A stretch of 55,611 nt of DNA from Octopus bimaculoides (taxonomy: Eukaryota). The stretch lies in assembly GCF_001194135.2 (NCBI RefSeq), contig NC_068999.1, forward strand, positions 36,342,708 through 36,398,318, in the 5' to 3' direction. Below, piece after piece: positions 37,640 through 50,162 of the stretch. The notes beneath the pieces were generated by a model, which was given only the letters and a program-made list of their open reading frames with translations, was not told where the DNA came from and did not search any database. The translations under genes were made by a program, and so were the position numbers. Each line of letters starts with the position of its first letter. Positions within the stretch are counted from its first letter, which is position 1.

Positions 37640-38530
37640 TACATGGCCAGGTTGGAGCAATCTCGAGTATAACCAGCCGAAATTGCAAAGATAATCTGGA
37701 ACTCGACTGAGGAAAGAAAATTCCGAATGACCCGTCCTTGTTTTCTTTGTATCGTATATCTGGATGTTTTGTTGTCCCTTTCTTGTATCACCTAACTATC
37801 TGGATGTTTTGCGTTCTTGTCCCATTTTGTATTTTATTTATATGTATATATGTTTATAGTGGCGTACATACACTTTGGTTTCTTTTATGTAAGTATATAT
37901 TTATCTAAATCATGTACGACTTTTATTCTTTCCTTCTTTCTATCAACCCTTTCACGCTTATTTCGTTAATTCCACTCTACGTTCTTTCGTTCCCCCTCTC
38001 TCACATTTCATTGCCTTCTCTTCATGCTCACTTTCCCTCCTTTTTTCACTTCACTGTGTTCCTGTCATTTTTTCTCTCCCCTCCTTATTTCTTCTTTCCC
38101 TTTGTCTATACCTCACTCTCTCGCTCTCTCTCTCTTTTATCCCTACGTGGCCGGTGTTCAGCCAAGTCTGACCTTTCTTTCTTGGCTCGCCCGCTGTCCG
38201 TGCAACATTTATACTCTTCCCCGTGCCTGTGAAATCTTGTATCCCTGCCGTAAGGCTTTACTTTCACACACGCCAGCTTAATTTAATTCGTCCTTAGTCG
38301 AAAGACCCCTGCTTTTATGTCCTGTTGTATTTGTGTAACCTTCTCCGTTTATTCCCGTCCTTGTTTTCGTATACATTTCATATACGTTTGTACTAGTCTC
38401 CATCTTGGATGAGAATGGATACACTAAGTTAGGGGACGATGTAGCAACATTCTCATGTGGTCAGTTTGATAACTGTTGAGAGATTTCTCTCTTCATGAAA
38501 ACATTTGTAGCCTTGTTAATTCTCACTGTT
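37640..38530 (+). repeat. Pyrimidine-rich dispersed repeat, possibly a Penelope-like 3' region
   Basis: Internal repeats ccgtccttgttttc (twice) and tatctggatgttttg (twice); ends near a hammerhead-like remnant at 38473-38510. Confidence 0.35.
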
Positions 38531-38592
38531 CTATATTCGCGTATATATAAAAGTAAGTATATATGCATGTGTGTATGTGTGTATGTGTGTGA

Positions 38593-38790
38593 GGGGGTAT
38601 GCTGTCTATAAATGCTTATGTATATGCATTCCTGTATTGTAAGAGAACATCTAAAGGTGTATGGTGCAATATTGGTGGTGCTGCTTGCAAGAGAATTGTA
38701 AAGTGAAGTGCAAAACGTTTAACTCGGAACTGAAACTCTGTCACCAGCGCTGTCTCATTACAGACAGACACCCCCTGCCTACGCCAAGGC
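38593..38790 (+). mobile_element. Possible FLYWCH zinc finger relic (MULE-like transposase)
   Basis: GGMLSINAYVY..KRTSKG then (frameshift) QYWWCCLQENCKVKCKT...H fits GxxLxxxGYxY...YWxC...CxAxxxT...H. Confidence 0.35.
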
Positions 38791-39689
38791 GCATACCGAA
38801 CGCTTTTGTTTTCTTTGTATATTCAAGCCCATTTGAATATCTTGGTGAAAATCTGTGTATTTTCTCATACAACAGATCGATAAGTTTGAAACAATGTCTC
38901 AACTGTAATTATTCATGGTTTATTCAGAAAACGATTGTATGGAAATAAATATATATTCTAAATTATTCCTGATTATCTGATTAGGATCAGTTAAATGTTT
39001 GCTTTAGTGTTATATTTTTGTTCAGTTTCATTTTAGTCTTGTTAGTTTCTGTTCCTTTCTATACAACACTCAGCATTTCTATCCAGTTCATCTCAAACAA
39101 ATTATAAATATATTTTGACTGCAAACTTTAATAAAATCAATTTCAAACGCTGCAAAACTTATTCCTGATATATTACCAATCGTTTATTATTGGCAAAGAT
39201 GGTTCTTCTGAAAATACAAAATACGATTGGATATTATGGAGATAATTATCAATCTCTGTTCAGACTTCAATAAGTGAATAAGAAGATAAAATAAAATGGC
39301 GTCTTGAATTATAAAACAGCAGGGCGCTCAGGATTTTCGACTGAACATTTTGAAACATATTCCTGGTATATTACCATCGCAGAGCAGTATAAACCTCTAA
39401 TCTCTGTAAACTTGGTAACATGGAAACATAAAGCTACAACTGATGTTTGTCTCACCTGAGCATTGGAAAGGTTTAAAAGTTGGTGAAAACTTCAGTATTT
39501 TCTAGCTTGGGATCTCTGGAAAAGAAATCCAGCCTTTCTGAAATGATTTTGGCTAAGTTGAAGACGTGCGTTCAGCAGTAGTGGGCGAACAAACGAGAAA
39601 CATCCTCTACAAATTCACCCGACCTGTTAGAAATAGCAGCCAAATTTCTTTAAAATCCCTATCATTCACCCATCCATCTTCTCGTGGTG

Positions 39690-39990
39690 ATGGTAGAGTT
39701 CTCAGTCACCTACACCATAACAGCCAATCAGAAGCAACTGTCGTTATTCTTTCATACTAGATTCACGAGCGTGACTAATTAGGACAATGGATGTTATCCA
39801 CCCATCTCGTTCTTGGCCTATCCAAATCTCCTGCGAATGGCTTGTCATCAAGAATCAGACCTGCGATTATTTCCCGCCACATTCGAATCACATGCCCGTA
39901 ACGCCAGAGCTGTGACGTATCAATTTGGAGAAGTAACCGCTCAGTCTGGAGAAACTCCCTCAATCACTAACTACCGTCTTAAAAGAAAGG
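39690..39990 (-). mobile_element. RTE-like LINE 3' relic
   Basis: SQLWRYGHVIRM...RPRTRWVDNI matches QLRWxGHVxRM...GRPRTRWxDxI. Confidence 0.75.
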
Positions 39991-40521
39991 AAGAACACAT
40001 TGGAAAACGTGATCTCTCAAATATAAAATGTCGAGGTGGTTATGGTTGGAACACATTTGATCTTAGGTTTAAAAAGTAATGTCAACTGTCGGACAAAATG
40101 TCATCAACAAGTACACGAAACTACATATAGTTGATTAGATATGTAAACCAATGGCTTTTCATTCCTTCTTGGGAATAATAAGCAATTAACAATTCTCTCC
40201 AACTTTGTCACCAGACTATCAGTTTTTAAGTGGTATGAGGAAGATCTATTACATTGACCTTTCCTTGAAACATCGAAAAATGAGTCAATATATATATATA
40301 TCATTCATAGGCGAAAGTAGCCTAGCCTAGTGAACCTAGAGACGCTCAGGGGGCGGTTATCTTCCCTGTCAGTGTATATATACTGCACGTTTCTTAAAGC
40401 GTCGAGAGTTTTAAACTCCTATTTCTTGCAATATAGGTGCTTCGGCACCCTCACTTATAATAAAATAAAAGTTTTCCTTTATGGTATTATATTGCACCTA
40501 GCTGTTTATATTAATTATATA

Positions 40522-40570
<49 letters not shown>

Positions 40571-41071
40571 TATTTACACATATATAAACAGACACACACA
40601 CACAAGCACACACACATATATATATATATAAACAAACAGTGAGAACGAGTGTTCAACGCCGCATTGATGAATAAATATTACTTTTCGTGGATTGTCGATG
40701 CTACCATTGTCCATATGGGTCGTTGGTGCTTGTCTCCATCTTGGAGTCACGGGGGATAACGTGAGATTTTCGAATAAACACATAAATATACACATCAGGA
40801 AAACAATTTAGTATTATTATTATTATTATCTCACTTACATTAATTCGAATTTATAAATATATACAAACGTATGTCTATACATAGTGTGCAAACACTCACG
40901 TACATAAAATCACAGAAAATCACACCTACATTCTGCATTTTGTTCGTATTTGGGTATGTACTGTCACATATTTTTCTCATATTTTAACGTCAAACTTAGT
41001 TGATGGGATTATAAACTCACTGAGTTGTGGATTCATACGTTTGTGTATATCCTGTTGTGTCATGGATATAG

Positions 41072-41459
41072 GGTGACAGTGCACTAACGCGTAGAAGTGT
41101 GTATGAGCGGATCGAGAAGTTTAAAAGTGGCCAGTCAAGCATGACACGCGAAGAGGGTGAAGGACGCCCGTCAACCTCCACCACTCACGAGAAAATTCAG
41201 CAAGCTCAAAAGATGGTAATGATGAACCGGTTCAGCATTACCATCTCTCAGATTATTGCTCTTTGTTCTTCTTTGGTGCACATTGCTAGTGGAACGGCCA
41301 TGCTTACACTGTAAAGCCAGAAAAAATGGTGCGATCAGGCTCAAACTTCGATCATGTGGCCACAATAATACCAACTATAAACACGCATGCACTGAACGCA
41401 GTGTGACAATAAAGATACGTTATGGCGAAAGTGCGGATAATTTTTGACTTCCCCTCGTA
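41072..41459 (+). mobile_element. Internally deleted mariner-like element
   Basis: GDSALTRRSVYERIEKFKSGQSS...EGRPSTSTT is an HTH region; right end tttttgacttcccctcg-TA at 41441-41459. Confidence 0.75.
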
Positions 41460-41610
41460 CTTTGTGTAATTTTTCCTGCATATTATATCAATATATAAAC
41501 CATGTTTATCCGGGTGCTGCGGTTTTTTCGAACCAGATTTATTCCCATTATGCTAATTCTTCAATTTCTTTTACATGTGAGTACCGGTCCGGTGATACAA
41601 ACGATGAAAA

Positions 41611-41750
41611 TGTGAAAAAGAAGAGGATGCCTATAGTATTGGCAAAGTGTAGAAAGATTAGCAATAATTCACAAGCATGAAAGGGGTTCTGTGAATGTTG
41701 AAACAGGCTTAGACTACGAAACCGTAACGTTATTCAGGACTCAAGGCTTT
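41611..41750 (+). mobile_element. Possible pogo/Tigger N-terminal HTH relic
   Basis: KKKRMPIVL then (frameshift) LAIIHKHERGS...GLDYETV resembles KRKxIxLxxKLxII...ExG...GLxxSTV. Confidence 0.35.
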
Positions 41751-42299
41751 TAAAGAATACTACGTACTGCTTCGTCATAGAATTTCTGAAGAAGAAGAAG
41801 AAGAAGAAGAAAAAATGATGAATTGCAGAGATGGAAATTGAACGCATTTTATTAATTCTGATACAAGAATTCCAATGAGATGTGCATTTTCGCCATTCAA
41901 GTGAGTTTTTCTTTCTTTCTTCTTGTTTGGTTCTTTTCTGTTTTCATGTCAAACAATGGCTGTCAATATGTTTCTTACAGACCGCCAAAAATCCAAAGAA
42001 AGCGGAAAGAAAACGAAACTGAAGAGCAAACTAAAACAACCCATCTGAAATTTCTAAATGGTTTGGCAGGTATAGGAAATGGTGTAAATCTAAATGATTA
42101 GAGTTGAATGGGAAGGTGGAACTTAGTACCAAATTGGAGAAGCCTGGGAGCATAAAAAATCGGGTTAAAATACTAAAGATCAGTTTAATGTTGTTAAAGA
42201 AATTATAAATAATCACAAAACGTCATTGTTTTTTAAAAGAATTCCGAATAAAACTCACATGGTGATGAAAGAAATGTTGCAGCCTGGTTTTAAGATTTA

Positions 42300-42680
42300 T
42301 TAAGGTTTGGGGGGCTTTGCAGGTCCTACATTGGTGAGTTTGATGCTGATATAGTTCCATGTTGACCATTGCAAGTCAACATCTGCTAGAAAGATACAAA
42401 CAATGGTGGGATTCCCAAGGTTCGAACTTCTTGGAAAGAATGGACAGTGTGTAGTGATTAGTGCAGGGCCTGGAAAGTTGAGCGCAGAAGGAGTGATACG
42501 AAGAGGAGAGATGTGTGGGTCGAGTATACCTGAGCAAAAGAGATGTGTGGGTCGAGTATACCCGAGGAATAGGAGCTATTATAGTGTCTGTGGAAGCATT
42601 TGAGAAGAAAGATAGTATGCCTATCAGTCGAAATTTGGCTTATATCTGGGAATGTTTAAGGTAGATGATAGCAATGCCCA
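42300..42680 (-). mobile_element. Degenerate CR1/L2/Jockey-like LINE 3' coding end with a 32-bp tandem duplication (42507-42570)
   Basis: RYTRPTHLSSSYHSFCAQLSRPCTNHYTLSI...W resembles the C-terminal RxTR...RTNHYxxSF...LWN pattern. Confidence 0.4.
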
Positions 42681-43290
42681 ACAAATTGCTTTACTCACAT
42701 GATGTGGATTTCAATGATGAGGATGATGCCAAAGACGGAACATTTTGAGATAATGGCCAAGACGGAAAACTGAGAAGTAACTGAAAATTTTCTCAGTTAA
42801 CGATGCTATGATAGTTAGAACTTGTGACGATGGGAAACAAATGAGAATGAACACATTTTCGAATGTAGACATCGATACAACTCAGCTGCAATAGGCTCAC
42901 GTAAAAAAAAATCAATGCAACCGTCCACTTTTACAATATTTCAAATAAAAACAATATAAATATATCATTATTCAATATGTGGTGATGCAGGGTAATAAAA
43001 TAAAATAAAAAACATTAAACTACGTCTAAATCATTTCTTTCTTCTGTTATTTAGATCGACTTTTATACGATTTTTTTCCGTATATTTCCAATAACGACGA
43101 ATTTACTATTTTTTGAAATGAAAGACATCAATCGGCGATTTTACATGTATTCATATATTCGAATACTGAGGTGCTCCTGCAGTATCCACCACCCGCAGTA
43201 ATTAGGATGCTCATATCTATGTATATGTATGTATGAAATAAGGTACGTATGTATAACGTATAAGTGTATGTATACATGTATGTATAGATT

Positions 43291-43334
<44 letters not shown>

Positions 43335-45506
43335 TATACGTATATGTGTGTGTATGTAGATATATATATATCGGTTTATCTATCTATATGTGTGTGTATG
43401 TGTACGTGTGTGTGTGTGTGTATATATATATACACTAATGAAGCAGATAGGCTAGGTGCACTGCAAATTACTGTAAGATTGGGGCTCTAGATAATATCTA
43501 CATTACATGAACATGCTTAGAGTACAAGGCTGTTAAATAGTATGAAGTGATCTTATAGTATGAGAGAATAACAGGAAATATCAGCATTCGATACTGTATA
43601 AACCACTATGTGTGTGTGTGTGTGTGTATGTGTGTGCGTGTGTGTATGTGTGTGTGTGTGTGTGCGCGCGTGCGCGCGTGTGTGTACCTACGTGCTCTGA
43701 AAATGAATATGCGTTTGCAAGATGGTGCATACACTGTCGAGAAAATAATCAATATGGAGCCTAGAGAAAGATTTAACTAAAGCTAGGGCTTCATTAGCGC
43801 AACGTGAAGCTACTTCATTCACCACAACAGGCTCTAGCGAATAAACGCGCGCTCACAATTTACACATAAGTGAGTTTGTGGGTGTACGTAAGCATTTTAA
43901 TATATGTATATATGTTATGTGTTTAAATATATGCAATCAAAAGATTTCTTCCGGATTTCTATAAATTCTTCACCGAATTAAAGCTGATTACATAGGCAGC
44001 GACACAGTTTCATTGTCTGAGTGAGGTGAGGATTGCGTTCCGTAATCCTAACTATGTGAGTGTTACTGCAAATGTGGGCATATATTTGAGGATATGTGAG
44101 CGCGCATGGTGAATTTGTAGATATTTGTGCGTTTTTAACTTGTGATTGTGTAGCTGTATATACGTATTTGTAGATCATCATAGCTAAATCCATTTCATTA
44201 CTGCCTTCTCTTAATTACCAAATAACAGAAGTCCACTATACATACATACATACATACATATATATATATATANNNNNNNNNNNNNNNNNNNNNNNNNNNN
44301 NNNNNNNNNNNNNNNNNNNNNNNNNNNNNNNNNNNNNNNNNNNNNNNNNNNNNNNNNNNNNNNNNNNNNNNNNNNNNNNNNNNNNNNNNNNNNNNNNNNN
44401 NNNNNNNNNNNNNNNNNNNNNNNNNNNNNNNNNNNNNNNNNNNNNNNNNNNNNNNNNNNNNNNNNNNNNNNNNNNNNNNNNNNNNNNNNNNNNNNNNNNN
44501 NNNNNNNNNNNNNNNNNNNNNNNNNNNNGTTTTTAACTTGTGATTGTGTAGCTGTATATACGTATTTGTAGATCATCATAGCTAAATCCATTTCATTACT
44601 GCCTTCTCTTAATTACCAACTGACAGAAGTCCACTAATTCTTTTCGGTATCGATTTAAAAGTCTTTAATCCAGTAATTACACTTCCAATCTCGGGAATAA
44701 TAGTAAGTTTAATACAACTTTCAATTGTTATACAATGAGACTCTATCGTAACTCTTTATAAACCAATTATTGTTAATGTATACATATATATCTCCATTCT
44801 CAACAGCCACACATACTCACTTGTTGTGATTTGTCGAAGTTCGTATGTATTTTTCTTATTTTTAAATTTAATGATCAAAAATTCGCCTAGCAACTACCTG
44901 TTTCCCGGATAAACGTACTTTTCTATAGACTTGTGACAGGATTCGGTAACGGGGAATATTTGCACAATATTTTGTATTTATTTTGTATAATTCTGATACT
45001 TTTCATAAAATCTTTCACCCTTTGAAAATGTGTAACGGTAATTTATATATATATATAAATATATATNNNNNNNNNNNNNNNNNNNNNNNNNNNNNNNNNN
45101 NNNNNNNNNNNNNNNNNNNNNNNNNNNNNNNNNNNNNNNNNNNNNNNNNNNNNNNNNNNNNNNNNNNNNNNNNNNNNNNNNNNNNNNNNNNNNNNNNNNN
45201 NNNNNNNNNNNNNNNNNNNNNNNNNNNNNNNNNNNNNNNNNNNNNNNNNNNNNNNNNNNNNNNNNNNNNNNNNNNNNNNNNNNNNNNNNNNNNNNNNNNN
45301 NNNNNNNNNNNNNNNNNNNNNNNNNNNNNNNNNNNNNNNNNNNNNNNNNNNNNNNNNNNNNNNNNNNNNNNNNNNNNNNNNNNNNNNNNNNNNNNNNNNN
45401 NNNNNNNNNNNNNNNNNNNNNNNNNNNNNNNNNNNNNNNNNNNNNNNNNNNNNNNNNNNNNNNNNNNNNNNNNNNNNNNNNNNNNNNNNNNNNNNNNNNN
45501 NNNNNN

Positions 45507-45541
<35 letters not shown>

Positions 45542-45644
45542 ACTCTCTCTCTCTGTTTTTGTTCCTCCATTACCGCTTGGCAACCCGTGCTGATGTATTG
45601 AAGTTACTGTTACCTAGCAGTTCGGTGGTCATTGCGACGATAGA

Positions 45645-45750
45645 ATAATTACCAGGCTTTAAAATATATAAGTACTGAAGTTGAAACAGAATAATATTTT
45701 CTTCAAGGCGGTGCCCCAGTATTGCCGCATTCTAATGACTGAAACAAAGT
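45645..45750 (+). mobile_element. Family D SINE tail
   Basis: ttcaaggcggtgccccagtattgccgca...aatgactgaaaca. Confidence 0.7.
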
Positions 45751-45814
45751 TTAAAATACTAAATTCCTTATAATTCTACAATACACCAAATATTTTAACA
45801 ATTTCATTTTATTT

Positions 45815-46012
45815 CACGTTACCCGATTTCACCCAGCTGTAGAAATGAGTTGCGACGTCACTGGTGCCAAGCTGTATCAGCCTCTGTCTTTCCCTCGGAT
45901 AACATCGGTGCCGTGTTTACGGTGGCGAGAATCCGTAAACAGTCTTGCCCGGACTTGTGCTTCCGAGAGTAACTTTCTAGATGCAATCTCATGGTCATTC
46001 ATGACCGAAGGC
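45815..46012 (+). mobile_element. SINE 3' part (family G)
   Basis: gcgacgtcactggtgccaagctgtatc...cttgcccggacttgtgc...gtcattcatgaccgaagg, remembered as an abundant octopus repeat. Confidence 0.55.
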
Positions 46013-46542
46013 TGTTTTTATCCTTTTACTGATCTGCACAATAACATCTCACTCACCTTATCATTCCATCCAGCCATACCAATAGTTCAACTGTCATTCC
46101 TTCTCCATTGCTATGACAATACAACGCACATCGCCAACAGTAATGGTTGTTCCAAAAGATTTCTCTCTGCATGATGTCTGGGTGTATGCGCGTATTTTTG
46201 TGTGCGCGTGCGTGTGTGCGTGTGTGTTTGTGCGTGTGTGTGTTTGGCACTGCGTGGGTGTAAATATTGAATCGATAACTTAATTCTACCAAACGTTAAT
46301 TAATTAATCTTTAGTATCCTTTATCATAATTTGTGTTAATTTGAATTCACAGGAGAATATCTGTCAACACTGCGGAGTCTACTAAACGTTGAGAACCAGC
46401 TAAGGACTAGGGTCGATTTCGTAACTTCCATTCTCGCTCATCTCGCCTTGAGCCCTTAAATAGATATTTTCATCATCATCCTCATCGTAGTCGTCGATGT
46501 CCTCGTCGTTGCCGTCGTCTTTATTATTATTATTATTATTAT

Positions 46543-46597
<55 letters not shown>

Positions 46598-46598
46598 T

Positions 46599-46642
<44 letters not shown>

Positions 46643-46643
<1 letters not shown>

Positions 46644-46856
46644 AGGTGACAAGCTGGCAGAATCGTTAGCACGTTGGACGAAATGCTTAGCGGTATTTCG
46701 CCTGTCGCTACGTTCCGAGTTCAAATTCCGACAACGTCGACTTTGCCATTCATCCTTTCGGGGTCGGTATATTAAGCACCAGTGAAACAATGGGGTCGAT
46801 ATAATCGACTAGTCCCCTCCCCATAAATCTGAAGCCTTCTGCATCCATCAGAAAGG

Positions 46857-46860
<4 letters not shown>
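46643..46860 (+). mobile_element. Full-length family B SINE between (TAG)n and (TTA)n
   Basis: agctggcagaatcgttagcac...gagttcaaattcc...gtcgactttgcc...ggggtcgatataatcgac. Confidence 0.9.
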
Positions 46861-46906
<46 letters not shown>

Positions 46907-46926
46907 TATTATTATTATTATTATTT

Positions 46927-47440
46927 ACTTTTAATCTGCATGTATGTTGCAATCAATTGCCGGGACACCCAGCGTCCTAGGGCTAGGGAAGGATAAGAGA
47001 TGTTACAGTATGACTGTGAACTTGAGGAGGAGAAATGTCAGGCACAGTAGCGAAATATCTTCATGTAATACAACACATACATTTAAATTGATAGGGTTTT
47101 TCTAAGGATGTGGGCAGTTCTTGCCAACACGATCTTTTAGATTTCTCTGAGATATGGTTTACCTGGGATATTATCTAGATGTTTCTGACATCCCTTTTTA
47201 TTACACCTAGTTCTCGATTTAAGATGCCAGATCTTTTTTATTTCAATTTCTAGGGCCTAATATTTACTTAATTTGTCAAATACCTTTACAGATATATTTT
47301 TACTGTAGGAACACTTATAACTATTAGTCCACTAGTATTTTCTTTCCCGCCTTTAATGATTATGTCTGGTCGATTAACCTGGATCGTTTTGTCGGTGTTG
47401 ACAATAATATGAACTATAATAAATCTGAAGTGGAGAAAGA
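46927..47440 (-). mobile_element. Dong/R4-clade 3' end (RLE domain and 3' UTR) ending in (TAA)n
   Basis: TDKTIQVNRPDIII...ISVP...KLSKY*ALEIEIKKIW...KIVLARTAHILRKTL*; the UTR runs directly into (TAA)n (46861-46926 on + is TTA). Confidence 0.85.
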
Positions 47441-48481
47441 ATATATAATGCGCGTGTTTATTTAACAAAATAATATGACCTTCCCGAAATATAACTCTGT
47501 GTGTGTGTGTGTATGTGTGTGTTTGTGTGCGTGTGTGTATGTGTGTGTGTATGTGTGTGCGTGTTTGTGTGCGTGTGTGTATGTGCGTGTGTATTATTTA
47601 TTAATTCATAAAAGAGTATAAGGATAAAAATCACGTTAATTATTTTTATCAAATAGTCAGCATGCTATTATATATATGTATGGCTGATAGTTAGCAAGGT
47701 GAGACACACATAAGAAAGAAGGAAACAAAGGACCACTGATGAGGTCACAGAAGTGTGACGAAAGAACTCTGGCCGAAATAAGATTAAGATTAAGATTAAT
47801 GTAATATAAAGCTGAAAAAAAAAAAAATTNNNNNNNNNNNNNNNNNNNNNNNNNNNNNNNNNNNNNNNNNNNNNNNNNNNNNNNNNNNNNNNNNNNNNNN
47901 NNNNNNNNNNNNNNNNNNNNNNNNNNNNNNNNNNNNNNNNNNNNNNNNNNNNNNNNNNNNNNNNNNNNNNNNNNNNNNNNNNNNNNNNNNNNNNNNNNNN
48001 NNNNNNNNNNNNNNNNNNNNNNNNNNNNNNNNNNNNNNNNNNNNNNNNNNNNNNNNNNNNNNNNNNNNNNNNNNNNNNNNNNNNNNNNNNNNNNNNNNNN
48101 NNNNNNNNNNNNNNNNNNNNNNNNNNNNNNNNNNNNNNNNNNNNNNNNNNNNNNNNNNNNNNNNNNNNNNNNNNNNNNNNNNNNNNNNNNNNNNNNNNNN
48201 NNNNNNNNNNNNNNNNNNNNNNNNNNNNNNNNNNNNNNNNNNNNNNNNNNNNNNNNNNNNNNNNNNNNNNNNNNNNNNNNNNNNNNNNNNNNNNNNNNNN
48301 NNNNNNNNNNNNNNNNNNNNNNNNNNNNNNNNNNNNNNNAATAATTATATACATAATTATGTATATAATTATTATAACATTTGTAAAATTCACCAATAAG
48401 TCTTTTATTTTAGCGCTAACCGCTTGGTAGAATCATTAATGATTCTTACCCTTTATTATAATTAATATATATATATATATA

Positions 48482-50100
48482 CATTGGCGCCATTTAATTT
48501 TAGAACGCTAGTATACAAAAGTTAAAATGGCATTTTTAAAAATATTCAAGTTGTGAATTAAGATGTATATCAAAAATAAGGAAAATTTTAGGAGACAACT
48601 TTACAGCGTAACATCTATATTAATTTTAAATCAAAAATAAGTCTTAATTATTGTAATTTATAGCGCCATTTAATTGAAGAACGACTTGCAAAAGTTCTTC
48701 TTTTTTTTTTTTTGCTTTAAAAAGTTTATTCTGTGATCAACAAAAAAAACAATAAGCTCACACAATCAATATTTGGTTGGGTATCCAAAATTGCTTAATA
48801 CAGCTTTTCATCTGCAAAACATAGAATTATTCAGATCATTTATCAGTGTTCCTGAGATTTTTACCAATTTTGGTTAATAATGTTTAAAAAAATCCTTATT
48901 CTTTGGCTTACCTTGCACAGCATACCCAACCTTTCCCAAAGATTTTCGATGGGGTTTAGGTCCGGTGGCTGCGCCGGCCACGGCATCAACCGAACTCTCT
49001 TAGACCTAATGTAATTTCTGACTAGTTGCGAGATGTGTTTCCGGTGGTTGTCATGTTGGAAAGTCTAAGATGAGCCCAAATGCTTTTGAGCGTATAGAAG
49101 CATAGTCTTATCCAATATTTCTAAATAGCACTTACTATCCATAATGCCCTTGATTCTGACTATAGGACTGACGCCTTTTCCAGACATGCACTCCGCACCA
49201 TCACACTTCCAACACCGTGCTTAATTATAGGTCGGATGCATTCTGGATGATATTCTTCGCCTATACACCTTCTTACATACTCCCTACTATCACTGCCGAA
49301 CAAGTTGAACTTTGACTTGTCCGACCACAACACAATCGACCAATCTGCTGGACTCCAATTCAAATGCTCTTTTGCGAACTATATTCGGGCACGTCAATTC
49401 TTTTTAAAGAAATATATGACTTTTTGCGAGAGACTCTTCCTAGAAGTCCAGATACTTTGAGACAGTTTTTTTATGGTAGACACTCCAATGCTAAGTCCAT
49501 ATTTTTGCCGAATTTCTTTTAAAATGTCACAAGCGGTCATGTTTTGTGTTTTTTAAGGACAGTCTATGAATGTAATTATCCATTCTTGCCGTTGTTTTTT
49601 TTTTTTTGCCCGGGATGAGAGCAGTCTTTATAATCATTAGTTTCTTTATAAAGATGGACAGCATTGTAGACGGCTGTCTTAGAACATCCAACATCGTTTG
49701 AAATAGCTTTATATGACCATTTCAGCCTACTAAGTTGAACGAATTTCACTCTGGTTTCTGGTGTTAAATTTTGTCTCTTACCCATCACAACTATTAAGTA
49801 ACTTAAAAACTGTAACAGCATGCAAATCACTCTACCTTTATATCAATCAATAAGGCAAAAAATGAAATTTTGCAAATCGTTCTTAAATTAAGTGGCGACG
49901 TAAATTACGCAAAATAAAATTTATTTTTAATTTAAAATTGATATGTTGATGCTACGCTGTAAAGTTGGAAACCATATTAAAGCTCGTAAAATTTTCTTTA
50001 TTTTGATATACATCTTGATTCACAATTTACAACTTGAATATATAAAAAATGCCCTTTTAACATTAGTATACTAGCGTTCTTAAGTTAAATGGCGCCACTG
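48482..50100 (-). mobile_element. Complete Tc1-family DD34E transposon with ~215-235-bp IR/DR terminal inverted repeats and TA target duplication; transposase (48766-49785) disrupted
   Basis: Ends are TA|cattggcgcc...ggcgccactg|TA. Motifs: MGKRQNLT, WSDKSKF, FQHDN, WPAQPPDLNPIENLW (34 residues from D to E) and GYPTKY*. Confidence 0.95.
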
Positions 50101-50117
50101 TATATATATATATATAC

Positions 50118-50162
<45 letters not shown>

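Noticed and set aside
44130-44637. ~108-bp direct duplication (44130-44238 and 44529-44637)
   Set aside because: The copies flank an assembly gap and differ at 2 sites; most likely overlapping contig ends or two haplotypes.
46059-46170. Minus-strand segment ending in aag|gtgagt
   Set aside because: Weak acceptor, no recognisable protein and no partner exon.
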